DNA of 63,628 bases, the filler included, from Saprolegnia diclina VS20 (Eukaryota), in NCBI RefSeq assembly GCF_000281045.1. It is 7 parts of 3 records of this genome, joined end to end, with 100 filler letters (N's around TTAATTAATTAA, not from the genome) between each part and the next. Parts side by side here need not be neighbours in the genome. Positions count along the whole stretch, not along the records: positions 1 to 25,825 come from NW_008246100.1; 6 more parts are not named here. One strand, 5' to 3'. Below, piece by piece: positions 1 through 13,074 of the stretch; position 1 is the stretch's first letter, and each line of letters begins with the position of its first letter. The position numbers and the translations under genes were made by a program. The notes beneath the pieces were generated by a model that had not been told where the DNA came from, ran no database searches, and saw only the letters and a list, made by a program, of their open reading frames with translations.

Positions 1-107
1 TTTCTCCCTCGTCAAGCTGGCTTTTACCTCGCCGCCTTTACGTCCAACATCGCAGGTTGTCGACATCTACGATCGACTACGCTCTGCAAGCAGTGGGCCA
101 GTCAACT

Positions 108-370
108 CTACACCTTGAAGCCAAACAAGCCTGCAATAGCCCGTATCGGAAGTAGAACACGGAAAAATGCTCGTAGGGTGGTCCTTACTCGAAGATTTTG
201 CCGCCAACGTTGAGCTTGGTCGTCTTGTGCGCCGCGGCAGCGTGGACCTCGAGCCGCCCTTTCTCGGTAGCCTCCGACGTGTGGAGCTCGCACAACCGCC
301 AGAGTCGTGCCAACATCCGTGAAGACCTTGGTGATTTCCGCCATCTTGGCCAAGCCTTGCATCGCACTAC
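108..370 (-). pseudogene. Degenerate BTB/POZ (KCTD-type) paralog fragment
   Basis: KTTKLNVGGKIFE is followed by a stop; the expected continuation (RTTLRAF, cf. RATLLTL in the neighbour) lies in another frame. Boundaries approximate. Confidence 0.5.
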
Positions 371-546
371 ACCCTTGCATATGCAAAACCTTTATCCCTT
401 GGACCGACACCAACGTCCACCAAATGCGTCTTTTGACTGTACACGTGGTGAAGGCTAGCGTCGCCTCCACAAAGCGCTACGAGCCAACATCACAACGGTC
501 GAAAATGGTGCAGAACAGAGTCTTGGATGATGGAGAATGATACGTG

Positions 547-2692
547 CTACGCCTCGATCAACGAGTCCATCTGGAGGTAGTTGAGAAGATGGTGGAGTTG
601 CCGGAGGGCCGTGGGGGGGAGCCCCTTGGTGTTGAGCGAACCTTGGCGCAGCGCATCGAGAGCGTACTCGAAGTACGTGGCGTCTTGGTCGATAAAATAG
701 GCGCCTAATGCGATATTTCGTGAGGACTAGAAACAGTGTACATGTTGTTTACCGTCGTCTTCGCGGGGGGTCCAGTGACCTTGGGAAAGCATGGCGCTAA
801 AATACGAGTCGGGCAGCGTCAAGAGTGTTGCGCGACTCGTCTCAAAGAGGATGCCGCCAACGTTGAGGCGGATCGTGTCGTCGGCCACGGCCGCTTGCGC
901 TTGCGTGAGCTTTTGAACTGTGTTGCGGCGTTGCTGGGCCACTCGCAGCGCCGCAACGTCGTCTTCAATGGTCGCTGCCGTGCGGAGGTACTCGTCCAGA
1001 ACCACGTTCATGGCCAAGCGGCGCTGCTCTTCCTGCTGCCGGATCTTCTCGACAGCAACAGCAATCGTCGATGCCTCTGCCGTAGTTCGCGCATCTAGTC
1101 ATGCCAGCTATAAACGAATGTGCATGCACTGGACACGTACTCGAGAAGCTCGAGTTGGGCGCCGCACTCGCTGCTGTCCCAAACGAAAAGCCCACGCCTG
1201 GGGTCGGGGCAGAACCAGACTCAAAGTCGTCACGCCGCATCTGGATGTTGCTATAAGGGTTGCTGCGCTTGGTACTGGGCGCTGGTGTACTCGTGCGACT
1301 GGAGGCGGAGCTGGCGCGGCGGGACGACCGCTTTGGCGAGCTCACCGACGGTTTGGGCTGGAGCACCCACTCCATGCCGAGCACCTGGAGCGTGTACGTG
1401 AGCTGACGCATCGCCGACTCGGAAAGTCCGTCGACGTCCAAGACGCCCGTGCGAAGGTACGCCATGACCCGGTCAAAGTACTTGTAGTTGCCATCGATAA
1501 AGTACGCGCCTAGCCACACCTTTTTCGCTGATACTTTGATATTTGAGGCAGTACCGTCCATATTACGGGGCTGCCACGTCTCGCTCGTCACCATCGCGTA
1601 AAAGAACGAATCAGGGTGCTGCAAGAGGTTGTCTTTGCCCGTCTCAAAGATGCGGCCACCGACGTTGAGCTTGATCGTGCGCGGTGCAGTCGTGGCAGCG
1701 GCGGTGGCCCGCGTCCGTTCGGCCTGCAGCTGCTCGTTGAGAAACCGGAGCTCGGTCAGTGACGCAATAAGGCTGGCTTCGATGCTACCGCATGCGTCGT
1801 GGATCTCACGGAGCGCGACGTCGTCGACGGCCAGTGCGTCACGCAGCCGCTCGATCGTCTTTTCGTGGCTCATGATGCTCAGCGACCGGTTCTCATGGAC
1901 CGACGACCGCGGCGGCGGCGGCGCGCTCTTCATGTGCCCAACGTACCATTCGACAAAGTCGGCGCGCGAGATGCGGTCATCGACGCTGAGCTGCGTCGCC
2001 AGCGCACACAGCTCGGGTGCTGGAAGGACGATACCGGCGTTGGCGAGGAGGGTCGACAAGAGCAATCGCGCGACGTACGTCGGGCTCTTCTCGGGCGCGA
2101 CCGCGTTGAAGATCGCAATCGCTTCGTTCGCCAGCATCTGTACTAGCGTGTCGTCATCGATAGCGGCAGGCGCCGAGTGGGATGTCTTGGCCCTTGGCGT
2201 GGACGCGGAGGGCCGAGTAGTGGCCTTGGACCCGGCACGGCTGCGGCGAGGTGCTGGCGACGTCGTGGACGCTGTCGCACCACTGAAAGGTGTCGTCGTG
2301 CCAAAGACGAACGGCGTCGATGGAGGCGTCGACGTACCAAAGGAAAAGATGCCGCTGCCACCAAGCCCCACCGCCGAGGCCGCTGCAGCCGGAGCTGGCG
2401 CCGCGCTACCGAAGGAGAAGAAACCACTGCCACCAAAGCCGGTCGCCGGTGTTGCCGCAGCTGCACCCCCAAACAAAAAGGGCGCTTCTGGCGTCGCTGG
2501 CGTTGCTGGTGTCGCTGGCGCAGGCGACGGGACATGCATCGCGACCGGGGCCTGGCCCGTCGTCACCGACGGTACACCGCCCAGCCTCGGCGCCGGCACC
2601 GCGCCTCCATCGAGCACAGGAAAGCGAAAGACCGGCGTTCGAGGCGACGGAGGCGACGGCTGGTCTGTGGTTATCGGCGTCTCGGGCGTCAT
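547..2692 (-). CDS. Protein with two KCTD-type BTB/POZ domains, FG-rich N-terminus and coiled coils (spliced)
   Basis: IKLNVGGRIFET...DSFFYAM...GAYFID and IRLNVGGILFETSRATL...DSYFSAML...GAYFIDQD. ATG 2692; introns at 1510-1554, ~1095-1141, ~705-752; stop TAG 547-549. Confidence 0.8.
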
Positions 2693-3043
2693 CGGGCAAG
2701 TTGAAGCTGGTGATGCTCGCAAAGCCCGACTGGCCAGAACAACCGAGCTGCAACGCCCAGCGTACACTATTCCAATTCAATTGACAGATATAGTGTAATA
2801 TTGAAGTCCCTCCAACGGCCCTGGAGAGCACGTGAGAAGCGTCACCTCTTCATAGTTGGGCGAAGATAGGATGCATATTGCAGGATTGTCCAGGGTTGCC
2901 ACAACATCGGCGCGAAAGCAGCGAGAGGAGGTAGGAGCGCAACAGCACGCAGCGTTTGACACCATTTGCGTGCGACCAGATGTACACTATTCAACGCTTT
3001 GCTTGGCCGATCTTCCAAGGTTCTCGCATTCCGCAAGCAGACC

Positions 3044-3747
3044 ATGGGCTACATTGGCGTCAGCGGGGCTCCGCTCATCCTCATGCTGGGCGACTCGATC
3101 ACGGAGATCGCATCGGACCCCCGCCGCCAGGGCTTCCAGGCGCAGCTCATGGCCGACTACGTGCGCAAGGCCGACGTCGTGAACCGGGGCATCTCGGCAT
3201 GGACGACCACGTACACTACCTGCCTGGCATGTCAATGGCTTCTCATACGCACGGTAGAAAGTGGCTGCGCGTGCTCCCCGACCTGATTGCCGAGTGGAAG
3301 AACAAGCAGCCGATGCTTGTCGTGATCTTCCTCGGCGCCAACGATGCGTCGCTGCCGGACGGTCCATCGCACGCCAGCTACGCGTCGATCGCCGACTACA
3401 AGGCCAACCTGCGCCGTCTGATCGCGTCCTTCAGCGACGCGTATCCGCAGTGCAAGTACCTCCTCTTGACGCCGCCGCCCGTCGACAACCGCGCGTGGAG
3501 TCCAGCCGATAAGCTCGACGCGGTCACGGCCATGTACGCAGCCGCCTGCATGGACGTCGCCGGCGAGCTCCAGATTCCAGCCATCGACTTTTACAGCGCA
3601 ATGCATGGGCAATGGGATCTCTTTGGTGACGGCCTCCACTTCAACGCCAAGGGCATGGTACGTGCGCACGAGATGATCACGTCTGCGATCAAGCACGCGT
3701 ACCCGCACATGACGCCCGACGCGCTGCCGTACGAATTTCAAATCTAA
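3044..3747 (+). CDS. SGNH/GDSL hydrolase, IAH1-like esterase
   Basis: Blocks GDSIT, NRGISAW, GANDA and DGLH; intron 3211-3257 joins the two frames. Confidence 0.9.
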
Positions 3748-3857
3748 TCGCACCAGATAATGTTTCTGCCAGATTGCAATACCACTACCAACCAGATTCA
3801 GACCGTGAAAGGTCATTATTGTTGAATCAGACTAGAATACAAACGGAAGAACGAGTC

Positions 3858-4867
3858 CTACTCGATGGGGTCGGACTTGTAGTAGAAAATCGCTTCGAGC
3901 TCGTGCATGTGGGCAAGCGTGTCGCTGCGGCCCATCTGGAACTGCTCGTACGCCCAGTCCGAGTTGGTCGAGACGAGCACCCAGTGCGGCCAGATCTCAC
4001 GCCACGCGCGGATCTGGAACACGTGCGACGGGAACGCGTCGGCGTGGGGCACCGGCGCGTTGTTGGAGACGCTGCCGTCAATGTACTTTTGGCCGCGAAA
4101 CTCCTTGACCCAGTTGGGGTGGTACAGCGGCACGTGGCCTGAGGTGAGCATGCAGTCGACCATGTCTTCGTTGCACGACCATGACGTAATGAGCTCGTTC
4201 TGGAGGCTCGGCACTTTGGTCACCGAGCAGTAGAAGCGCTTGTCGGCGATTTGATAGGCGTCCGGCGCCAGCGTCTGGAGCATGTGCTCCTTTGTGAGTG
4301 GGATCCACGATCCAAGGCCATGGTACGTCTTGCGCTTCGCGTCGCGGATGAGCGCCATGTTGGGCTCGTGGAAAAACGTTTTGACGTCGAGACCAAGCGC
4401 GAGCACGAGCGCGGGGAAGCACCCGGCCGACGACCCGGAAAAGATCGCCGACGAAAGGTCAAAGTGCTCCTACGCCACCGCCATGGCGCCTTGATTCATA
4501 TCGTTGGCCGAGGTAGTACCTGCACGACAGAGGCGACACCAAGGAGGTAGTTGTAAAAGCCACCGCAGCCGCCAAAGCCGATCTGGACCGGCTCGCCACG
4601 CTTGTAGCTTGGCATGACCCGCGCTCGCTGGACAATTGGATGCTCAATGGGCGCGGCGCCATGGTCCTCTTCGTTGTCGTCGTCAGCAGGCGTCTCGTCC
4701 GCCGTCCAGAACATGTCGAGGCAGCCGGCGGACGGCAGGAGCGACGGGAGGCGACCTGCGAGGTGGCGCATGACCTTCCATACGCCAGTCGCTGACGACT
4801 CGTTGCGCTTGCGCTTGTTGGAGCGCGACGCTTCGGGCGCGTCGTCGCCGGTCCAGAGAGCGTTCAT
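3858..4867 (-). CDS. Patatin-like phospholipase (copy 1)
   Basis: GFGGCGGFYNYLLGV glycine loop, GSSAG nucleophile motif, YIDGS; one intron ~4470-4520. Confidence 0.85.
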
Positions 4868-5439
4868 GGGCACAGCGGCGCGGGAACGTGGCAAGTGACT
4901 GCGAAGTGTCACCGGACTGCTGGTTCAAACTGCGCAAGGCCATTGGCCAAAATAGTCATGAATCCAGTCTCGTGACGTTCTTTTAACCAATCACATTCGT
5001 TGTCGACTTCAGCATCAGATCCGGCAGCCATTGGCCAGATGGTCGATTATGGCCAATCGTCGTCGGGCCTTGTGCTTAGTAATATATGCTCTCTAAAGTG
5101 CGAGATATTTTATCTCTATTTTTGTATATCCAACAAAATTCCAGTGGCGTTCTTAAGACAGCCCATCAACTTGGTCGCGCAAGCTGCAAGCGCTCGAGCC
5201 CGCTACGCCCGAGACCGGACCGGGTTACGATCGACCGCCGATGCTAGACGCTGGATACACAAGGAGCTATGAGAAGGCTCCGTACCAGTCTTTGATGTGG
5301 TTGGTAGCATCATGCTCGTGTTTTTACATCATTTTAGCCAATGGCATCGCGTTGTCGCTGGCGGTCCACGTGTGCAACACGCAAGGATCGTTGCGCGTTG
5401 CCGAGCTCACTTTTCTCCGAGCCCCTCGCCGCCTCCATC

Positions 5440-6478
5440 ATGGACGCTCTCTGGACCGACGACAGCCGCCCGTCGCACAAGCGCAAGCGCGACGCCAGCG
5501 ACGACGCCAACCCGGTCTGGAAGTACGTCGCTTCGACGCTCCAGGTACGGATGGGCTCTGATGCTACGGTACCATGCGCAGTTGACCCGATCGCATGTAG
5601 AAGCGCGTGCGTGTCCCGACCTATGTGCCGTTTGCGTCAACGCTCAATGCGTTCTGGGCCGGTGACAACGACGACAAGGAGGCGGTCGAGGAAGCGAGCG
5701 TCGAAGTCCCGCGCCCACTCGGCGTTCGCGTCGAGCCGACGCACGCCCGTGGCGCCACGGTGCAGATTGGTTTTGGCGGCTGTGGCGGCTTTTACAACTA
5801 CCACTTGGGCATTGCGTCCGTCTTGCAGGTACCGCCTACGTCCTTGACACCACGCACGGACGCCTTGTTGCGTAGGAGCACTTTGACTTGACCAACTGTG
5901 TCTTCTCGGGCGCGTCGGCTGGCTGCTTTCCAGCGCTCGTGCTTGCGCTCGGCCGCGACGTCAAGTCATTCTTCTACGGCCCGAACCTCACGCTGGTCCA
6001 AGACGCGAATGAAAAGACATTTTACGGCCTTCGCGACTGGATTCCGCTCACGAAGGAGCATGTACTCAAGACGCTGGCGCCGGACGCGTACACGCGCGTC
6101 GACAACAAGTTTTTCGTGTCGATCACGCACGTCCCGAGCCTCGCGAACGAGCTCGTGACGACCTTTACGTCCAACGAAGACATGGTCGAGTGCATCCTTG
6201 CGTCCGGGCACGTGCCCATCTACACGAACGAAGTGCTCAAGCCGTACCGCGGGCAAAAGTACGTCGACGGCTGCGTCTCCAACAACTGGCCCGTCCCGCA
6301 CGGCGACGACCACCCGTCGCACGTCTTTCAGATCTACCACTGGCGCACGATCTGGCCGCACTGGTGCCTCATCTCGACCAATACGGAGTGGGCGATAACG
6401 CAGTTCCAGTGGGGACGCGACGATGCGCTCGCTCATATACACGAGATTGAAGCGCTGCTCCACTACAAGACGCAGTAG
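5440..6478 (+). CDS. Patatin-like phospholipase (copy 2, inverted paralog)
   Basis: GFGGCGGFYNYHLGI, GASAG, YVDGC; introns 5545-5600 and ~5830-5875; clearly similar to copy 1 throughout. Confidence 0.85.
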
Positions 6479-6529
6479 ACTCTCGTATCGTTGCATGTAC
6501 TAGTACACGCGGTGTCGTATTCGGTTTTA

Positions 6530-6872
6530 CTACATGTCCATGTAGCCGTTGGGCGTGAAGTCAATGACGCCCTGTGCACACACATCAGCGATCTTGGGAA
6601 GAGGAGGAAGCGTCGATTACCTGCTGGCTCAAGTCCAAGACGCGCGTCGTCATGTCCTCATCGAGCTCGCACTGCACGGCGATCGTGCGCGTGAGTGGCA
6701 CGCCGCATGTGCACACCTTCTTGAGGTTGCCGCATGTGATGCACTTGTAGTTGGCGGGCTGGTACGGGCACACGTGGCCCTTCTTGGGCTCGCCGCAGCG
6801 CGAGCAGCGGTAGTTGCCGCGGTTGCGCTTGTCCGTCTCGGCGGTCGCCTCGTCGGCGCCTGGCATATTCAT
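6530..6872 (-). CDS. Small zinc-knuckle-like protein
   Basis: YRCSRCGEPKKGHVC plus CITCG..CTC; intron 6572-6620 gives a C-terminal GVIDFTPNGYMDM*. Confidence 0.7.
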
Positions 6873-7276
6873 GCTACTATGCTACGACCGGCGAGTTGTG
6901 TGACGTGGGAGAGACGCAATCCTTGCAAATTGCTCGAATGGCGTTTCGAGCATTAAAAATATAAAAAAGCAATGCGGCAGTCCAGTCCATGACCAAGACG
7001 ACCGTAAACAAGCGACACACAAAGTGCTAGCACTCCTCGTGTCGTCGTATTGGCAACGAGCAATGTTGCGTGCGGCGTACTGCGCTATGGAAGCGAGCCT
7101 AAGGCCTCGGTCTCGCTATCAAGCGCTTTTTAATGCTCGCACTTCGTGGCAAGCCACGGAGATTGTGCCCCGGGGTCCACGGCGTCATCCGCACTTAAGC
7201 GACCCGCTGTACTTGGCCAAAGCCAATATTGTCTCGACGCAAAACACTAGTTGAATTACTACTCCATAAATACAGC

Positions 7277-10200
7277 TCACTGGTTGTCGACATCTGCAAT
7301 CCGGGGCTCGACTTCCAGAGACCGCGTAAAGCAAATGTCCTTGGTGGCGAGCTGCAGCGGCGCCGAGAGGTTGTCCTACCGCTGCGTGAGCCTCTCCTAA
7401 TACTGTCGTCGTACCAAGAGCCGCTTGTCGGGGCTAAAGATGTACGGCGTCTTCTGGCACGGTACGACGAGCCGCACCACGTTGGCCGTCAGGCGGATCT
7501 GTCGAGGGTTAGGTACAGGTACATGCCTCCTCTCGCGTACCTTTTTGAAGTTGAGGAGGTCGTTCTGGACGCGGTCTGGGTACTCTTGCGCGACAACGTA
7601 TTGCTGGATGATCAAGCCCAGGTACGGAATGGACGGCACAGCAACCTCTTTGATGAGCTTGTGCAGCGGCCTATATCAACATGAATGCCCGAGCGGCGTG
7701 AAAGAGCAACGAACCGAGCGCCCTTCTCGGTCCACTTTTTGAGCTCTTGCCACAGCGTGCGCACGGCCGGCGGCAAGCGGCCCCACGTCTTCTTCAAGCG
7801 AAACACTGACGAGTCGTTGAGCGCATTCATGATGGCCATGAAGCCGTCGTAGTTGCGCAGAGGACTGAGGCACTTGCCCGCGACCTAGACACCACATGTC
7901 AAGCATCGTTCTATACAGGTAGGATCATTGTACCTTGATGTAATAGCTGAGAATGGCGGCACGGTCGACAACGTCTTCACGCGCCAGAATCTGGTTGACG
8001 ACCCAGAGCGAGCACTAGACACACGATTTCAAAACCACAGTTTTCAAATGCACATGGCGGTACGTGGTTGTGCAAAAGCCGGAGCTTGTCGTAAGCCGGT
8101 GTTGTCGCCGCCGAGCGCTTGGCACAGAGAAGCTCCGAAACTACAATGTACACTAGTGTCAGCACCTGTAACGACACAACGCAAGTCTGACTCGGAATTT
8201 TCTGGAAAAACCAGTGCTGGAGCAGCGTGATTTGGGATGCAACGAGACCCGGATCAATGTCGAGTTGCCTGCACAACCCAATCTCAGATCTCAGATCTCA
8301 GATCGTAGAACAGGACGTACCAGAGGCGCGCGACGCGGTCCAGGACCGAGAAGCGGCGCTTGGACGACGGTGCGACGACCAGCACCTTGCTTCCGCGGTT
8401 TGCCCCCGTCTCGGGGAGCACGCCAGCGATCGCGAGTCGCTCCCGCATCTTTTCGGCGAGGTCCGACGTCGATACCTTGGGCGCGCCGTTCGGCGCATCC
8501 AAGAAGGCCAACGTCGCGGTCGTCGTTTCAAAGTAGGTCGTGAGCGCGCTGTAGTCGCGGTCGCACGGCGCTGTGGTGGCAAACGTCGGGTCTTCGTTGT
8601 TGCACGCTTTGACAAAGGGCGCGATCTGGCGGTACGTGAGCCACTGCAGCACGAGCGGGTCGTTCTGGACGATCGCGGGCAAAAGCGCCTTGATGACGCT
8701 CGAGATCGCATGGCACAGCGGCCACGTCGACGGCATCTGGCTCTGCAGGTGGTTGACCCAAATGTCGAGCGTGTACAGTGCGACGCGGCGCGCAAACGAC
8801 ACGTTCGCTTCCGGTGCGTCAGCCACAAAGGTCTATCACGCCCAATTGATACCTTAATAGCTTGATACAAACCCACCTCGAGGAACCGCAAAATGTCATT
8901 GTAGTCGGTAAAGTGCGTGCCGGCCCAGAGAAAGCTCTCCATGTCGGTCGCATGAAACACGTCGTACTGCACGAGGTACGCGAGGATCGCGGGGACAGTT
9001 CCCGCTTGCAGCTCTTCCTTTCCGTCCGCCGTCGTCTCCACGATAAGGTCCGAGGCCGCGTCGCCAGTCATGACGAGTGCTGTCGAGGTCGGCGGGCTGC
9101 GACTGAGCTCGTCTCGCTTCAGATCCGTCTTGTCTGGGGAGGCACCTAAGGCATTGCATACCATCAAATTGCAGGTCCATCGATGATTCTTAGTTGGACC
9201 TCCGAGAAACGTCGGCTTGGGCTCGAGAAGGGACCCTTGGAACGAGAGGAGGAGGCTTCCGCGCTCGAGGCGGCCGGGTGCGATCGCGGTCGGCAACGTC
9301 GCGGCCGCTTGGCTCGCAATCTCAAAGTACATGGCGGCCGTCTTGCCCGTGATATCGGGCGCGTAAATATCAACTTCCGAGTAGCTCTTGAGAAAGTGGT
9401 AGACGTCCGACCCGCCGTAGATAGCGGCGTAGTGGATCGGCTGGCGGTACATGTTGCAGACATCGCGAACGTTGGCGCGCTCGCTCAGGAGGAGGCGCAC
9501 CGTGTCGAGGACGGCGGCCGTGTCCTTCTGCACGTACCCGCGTGTGACGAGCTGGCCGCGCGCGACCGCCATCATGAGTGGCGTCCAGCCGTCGGTCGAG
9601 CGCGCGTTCACGTCGGCTTTGCCTTCCGACAAGAGCACGCCGCAGGTCGTGAGGCAAGCAATGCTGGCCGCAAAGTGCAAGGGCGTCTCGCCACGGAGCG
9701 AGCGCAGCTCCGTCTCGGCGCCATAGTCAAGGAGCGCTGTCGTGACTTCAGTCTGCCCTTCTTGCGCAGCGCACGCGAGCGCGCAGCAGCCGCGCTGCCA
9801 GTTGCGCGAGTTGATGTTGAGCTGCTTCCCGACCTCGACGAGCGTGTCGACGCCCTCGAGACAGCCTTTGTGGGCCAGCAGCATGAGCGGCGTAAAGCCA
9901 AAGTGGTCGACTTCATCGATGGCGGCGCCGTGACGCACGAGCTTGAGGATGATCTGCCGGACTTTGTCTGGGCTCATGGACGCGACTTTGATGCTCACTT
10001 CTTGGGACGGACCGTCAATGAGCGCGCAGGGGGCGCCGAGCAGGTGCAGCGGGCCGCGCCCGTGGGGGCTCAGCACCTTGGTCTTGGCGCCGTGTTGGAG
10101 CAGGTACGACACCACGTTGACATGGAGGCAGCTCACGGCGATGTGCAGCGGCGTCGTGTCGTCGTCCGAGACGTAGTTGACTTCAGCGCCGTTGGCCAAG

Positions 10201-12223
10201 AGCATTTGGACGCTACCGACCGCGCCGCGCTGGCACGCCTGCATGAGCGCGACGTTCCAGAGCGACTTGTTGGTGCCGAGGATCTTGACATAGTTCGGGT
10301 TCGAGATGAACGCCAAGTGAAAAGGCGGCGCCGACGCATTGAGGAGCCCGACCACGTCGTTAAAGGGCCTACAAAATATACATAAAAATCACAAAAATTT
10401 CCTCGGTGAGGGAGATACCAGAGCACGACGTTGGTGCCGTTGAGCGACACGAGCACGTGGCCTTTCGAGACGAGGCCGCCAAACGCCGCTTGGCCGTGGG
10501 CCGTGATGTTCTTGACCATGGCGCCGCAGCGGTACGTCGACTCGGGCTCAAACCCGAGCCCCATGCGCCAATCCCCGTCCATCGAAAAGGCGACTTGCTC
10601 CTTGAAAATGTCTTCGAGGACCGCAGGAATCGTCACGTTCTGGACAAAGTCCATGGCAGCGCCAAGGATCGCCATGGCCGACGCCGAGTGCACGTGCGTA
10701 AACCGGTTCTCGATGTGCATCTCGTGGAGCAGGTGCTTGAGCAAGAGAAGGTTCTCAAGCCCGGAATTGACGAGCACAAAGGTGAAGATCGGGATCAAGT
10801 CGTCCGTGTCAAGCCGGTTGGTAATGCCCGGCACGAGCGCGTTGAAGCCGCTTCCGTCGGCGCTCGTGGCCGCTTGGTACATGAACTCGGGCGCTGGATG
10901 GTCGTCTTGGTACGACGCTTGGATCTCGACGACTGACTCGACCACCGCGTGGTACTTGTCGGACGGCAGCGAGTACGTTGCGACTTGGCCGAGGATGCGC
11001 GAGGCCTCTCGCCACTCGGTGGTCGAGAGCTGGTGCTGCGGAATGTCGTAGAATGCTTGGTCTTTGCCTTGGAGCCAGCGCAATTTCTTGTTGAGCGCCG
11101 CCTCGTGCTCGGCCTTGACACTCCGGCGCAAATGACTGTAGAGCCCGTCATGGAGCGGAAGAAACACGACTTCTTCGACGTGGCGGTGGATGCAGTGGTG
11201 CACCGACTCGAGCGCGTCGGCCTCCGACTCAAAGTGGTCGAGCACGAGCGCCACGAGGCCGTGGGCGTACTTCTGGATCACGGTTGTGCGCATGCTTGCG
11301 ATAAAGTCACGCAGCGCGCTGAACGCGAGCGACGACCGCGCGTCAAAGTGCTTGACAAACGCCATGCACTTGCTCGCCTCGGGGTTCTTTGGGTCGCTCT
11401 ACAGCAATATGGTTGCATGTGAGCGCGCAATAGGCAAGCGAGACGTGCGTACGAGAATTTTGCGCAGCTCGACGGCCACCTTGGCGTCCGGATCGTCGTC
11501 GAGAAGCAAGCCGGACGAGAGGCGCAGCGGCGCGTGGTTTTGGCTCGGTGTCGACGACGGGTGGTTGGCTGCAATGACGTCCTGCAAATGCACGACCCAG
11601 CGGTTGCACTCCTCGTCGTCCTTAGCTTGGCACACGAGGACGTTGAAGCCTTTTACGAGCTCGAAGCAGTGCGGACGCTTGGACTTGCGGATGTCGAGGA
11701 AGCGCACGGACGTGCTGGCGTCGTCGAGTGCGATCTCGCCCTTGAGTCGCCCAAAGCGGTGGCTTTTGTAGTACTGGAGGCACGAGAATGGCTCACCCGT
11801 GACCGGGTTGCTCTTCATGAGCAGGACAAAGAAGCGCTTCTTCCAGCTTTTCCAGATGTTGCCTTGCTTGACGAGCCAGCCCGAGTGGATGAGGTTTCCC
11901 GTGCGCGATGGCGAGCTCGAGGTAAGCGTCGACTGCGACTGCGCGCGCGGGAGGCGTGTACTGCTGCCATGGCGTAGCATGCGTGGTGGTGGTGGCGGCT
12001 CCAGAATGACGTCGTCAACCGAGTCGTCGTCGTCCATGTCGCTGTCCTCCATGACGTAGATGGCGGTCCGCGACGTCATGAGCGCCGACGGCGTCGGAAC
12101 GCTCATGAGGCTCAGGCGCGAGTGATCGACGTCCAAGCTCAGCCGCGCGTCCGCGCTCTCCTGACGAAAGAGCATGCGGATGTCTCCGCGGTACGGGCCC
12201 GACGAAGGAGGCGTCTCGCTCAT
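7277..12223 (-). CDS. Multidomain GEF: PH - VPS9 - PDZ - ankyrin repeats - REM - RasGEF (CDC25)
   Basis: PH (SGWLVKQG..WKKRFFVL..CNRWV); VPS9 (LPSDK..DTDDLIPIFTFVL); PDZ (GLGF..GHVLVSLNG); several GxTPLH/M ankyrin repeats; REM (AGTVPAIL); CDC25 (VASQITL, NYDGFMAIMNALN..RLKKTW, PSIPYLG, SLEVEPR). Multiple short introns. Confidence 0.8.
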
Positions 12224-13074
12224 CGCTCGCTCGCGCAGAAATGCAGAATTAGCTTGAAAATTTCGTATTTGGTTCCAGCTGGCGGTCGGCTATTTGCACG
12301 CAAATACTTCCTCCCACATCTTGCACAACGTCCAGTGGGCAGCATCCAGCGCGCAACAGATTGCGTCCAAACAGTGCTCTGGCCGGGCGCTAGGTTGCAC
12401 ATGCTTCCAAACGTTGCGCGCGCGCACGAACGAACGTTGGCTTCGGAACGCGGCGGTAGCAGTTGCGTGTTTTTGGTCCACCGAATTATAAAGACAGTGT
12501 CAAAGTTGCACCGTACATTGAGTCACCCTCGTCGTCATCGTCACGACCGTCTCCCTGCGATGGCGCTCGTAGCAGCAAGCAAGGCACGGCCGCCTATAGG
12601 TCTACGCGCAAGCTGCTGCGCTCGTGACGATGCGCTGCTTGTCAGACGAAAAGCAGCCAGCCACGTTGGCACTGCAACAAACGGCGGGTCGTCGAGTAGC
12701 TTTGCGCACCGGCTGCAACCGTGATACCATAGCCCATCAGTGCAATCTGCAGCAGTCGCCTCCATGCGCGCGGCCGTCGCCATCGTTGGCGGTGGCCATT
12801 CGTTCGTAAGTTCAATGAGCGGTGCCATCTGAGTCGTCGTGGCACTTGCCACAGAGCGGCCGCGCGCACGACTCAAAGTTGAGCGACCCGCTTCTTCTAG
12901 ATGGGTGGGCCGTGTTCCACTGCTTCTGCGTATGCTTGGTCGAGCAAGGCAGCGTGGACGCGCCCATGGCGTTGTCCGGAGCTGTGCGAATGGACACCAC
13001 CCTTTTTGTCACCACATTACGTGGCGGTTTCTGCGGTGGCCACGATCTTGTTGGAGACGAAAGGCCGTACCAGT

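Noticed and set aside
1629..2798. Long antisense ORFs (also 9183-10385, 24270-25355, 57256-58413 and others)
   Set aside because: Shadows of GC-rich codon usage opposite recognisable genes.
12290..13015. Short ORFs between the GEF and SF-assemblin genes
   Set aside because: I could not build a consistent exon chain or recognise a domain; a small gene may still be present.
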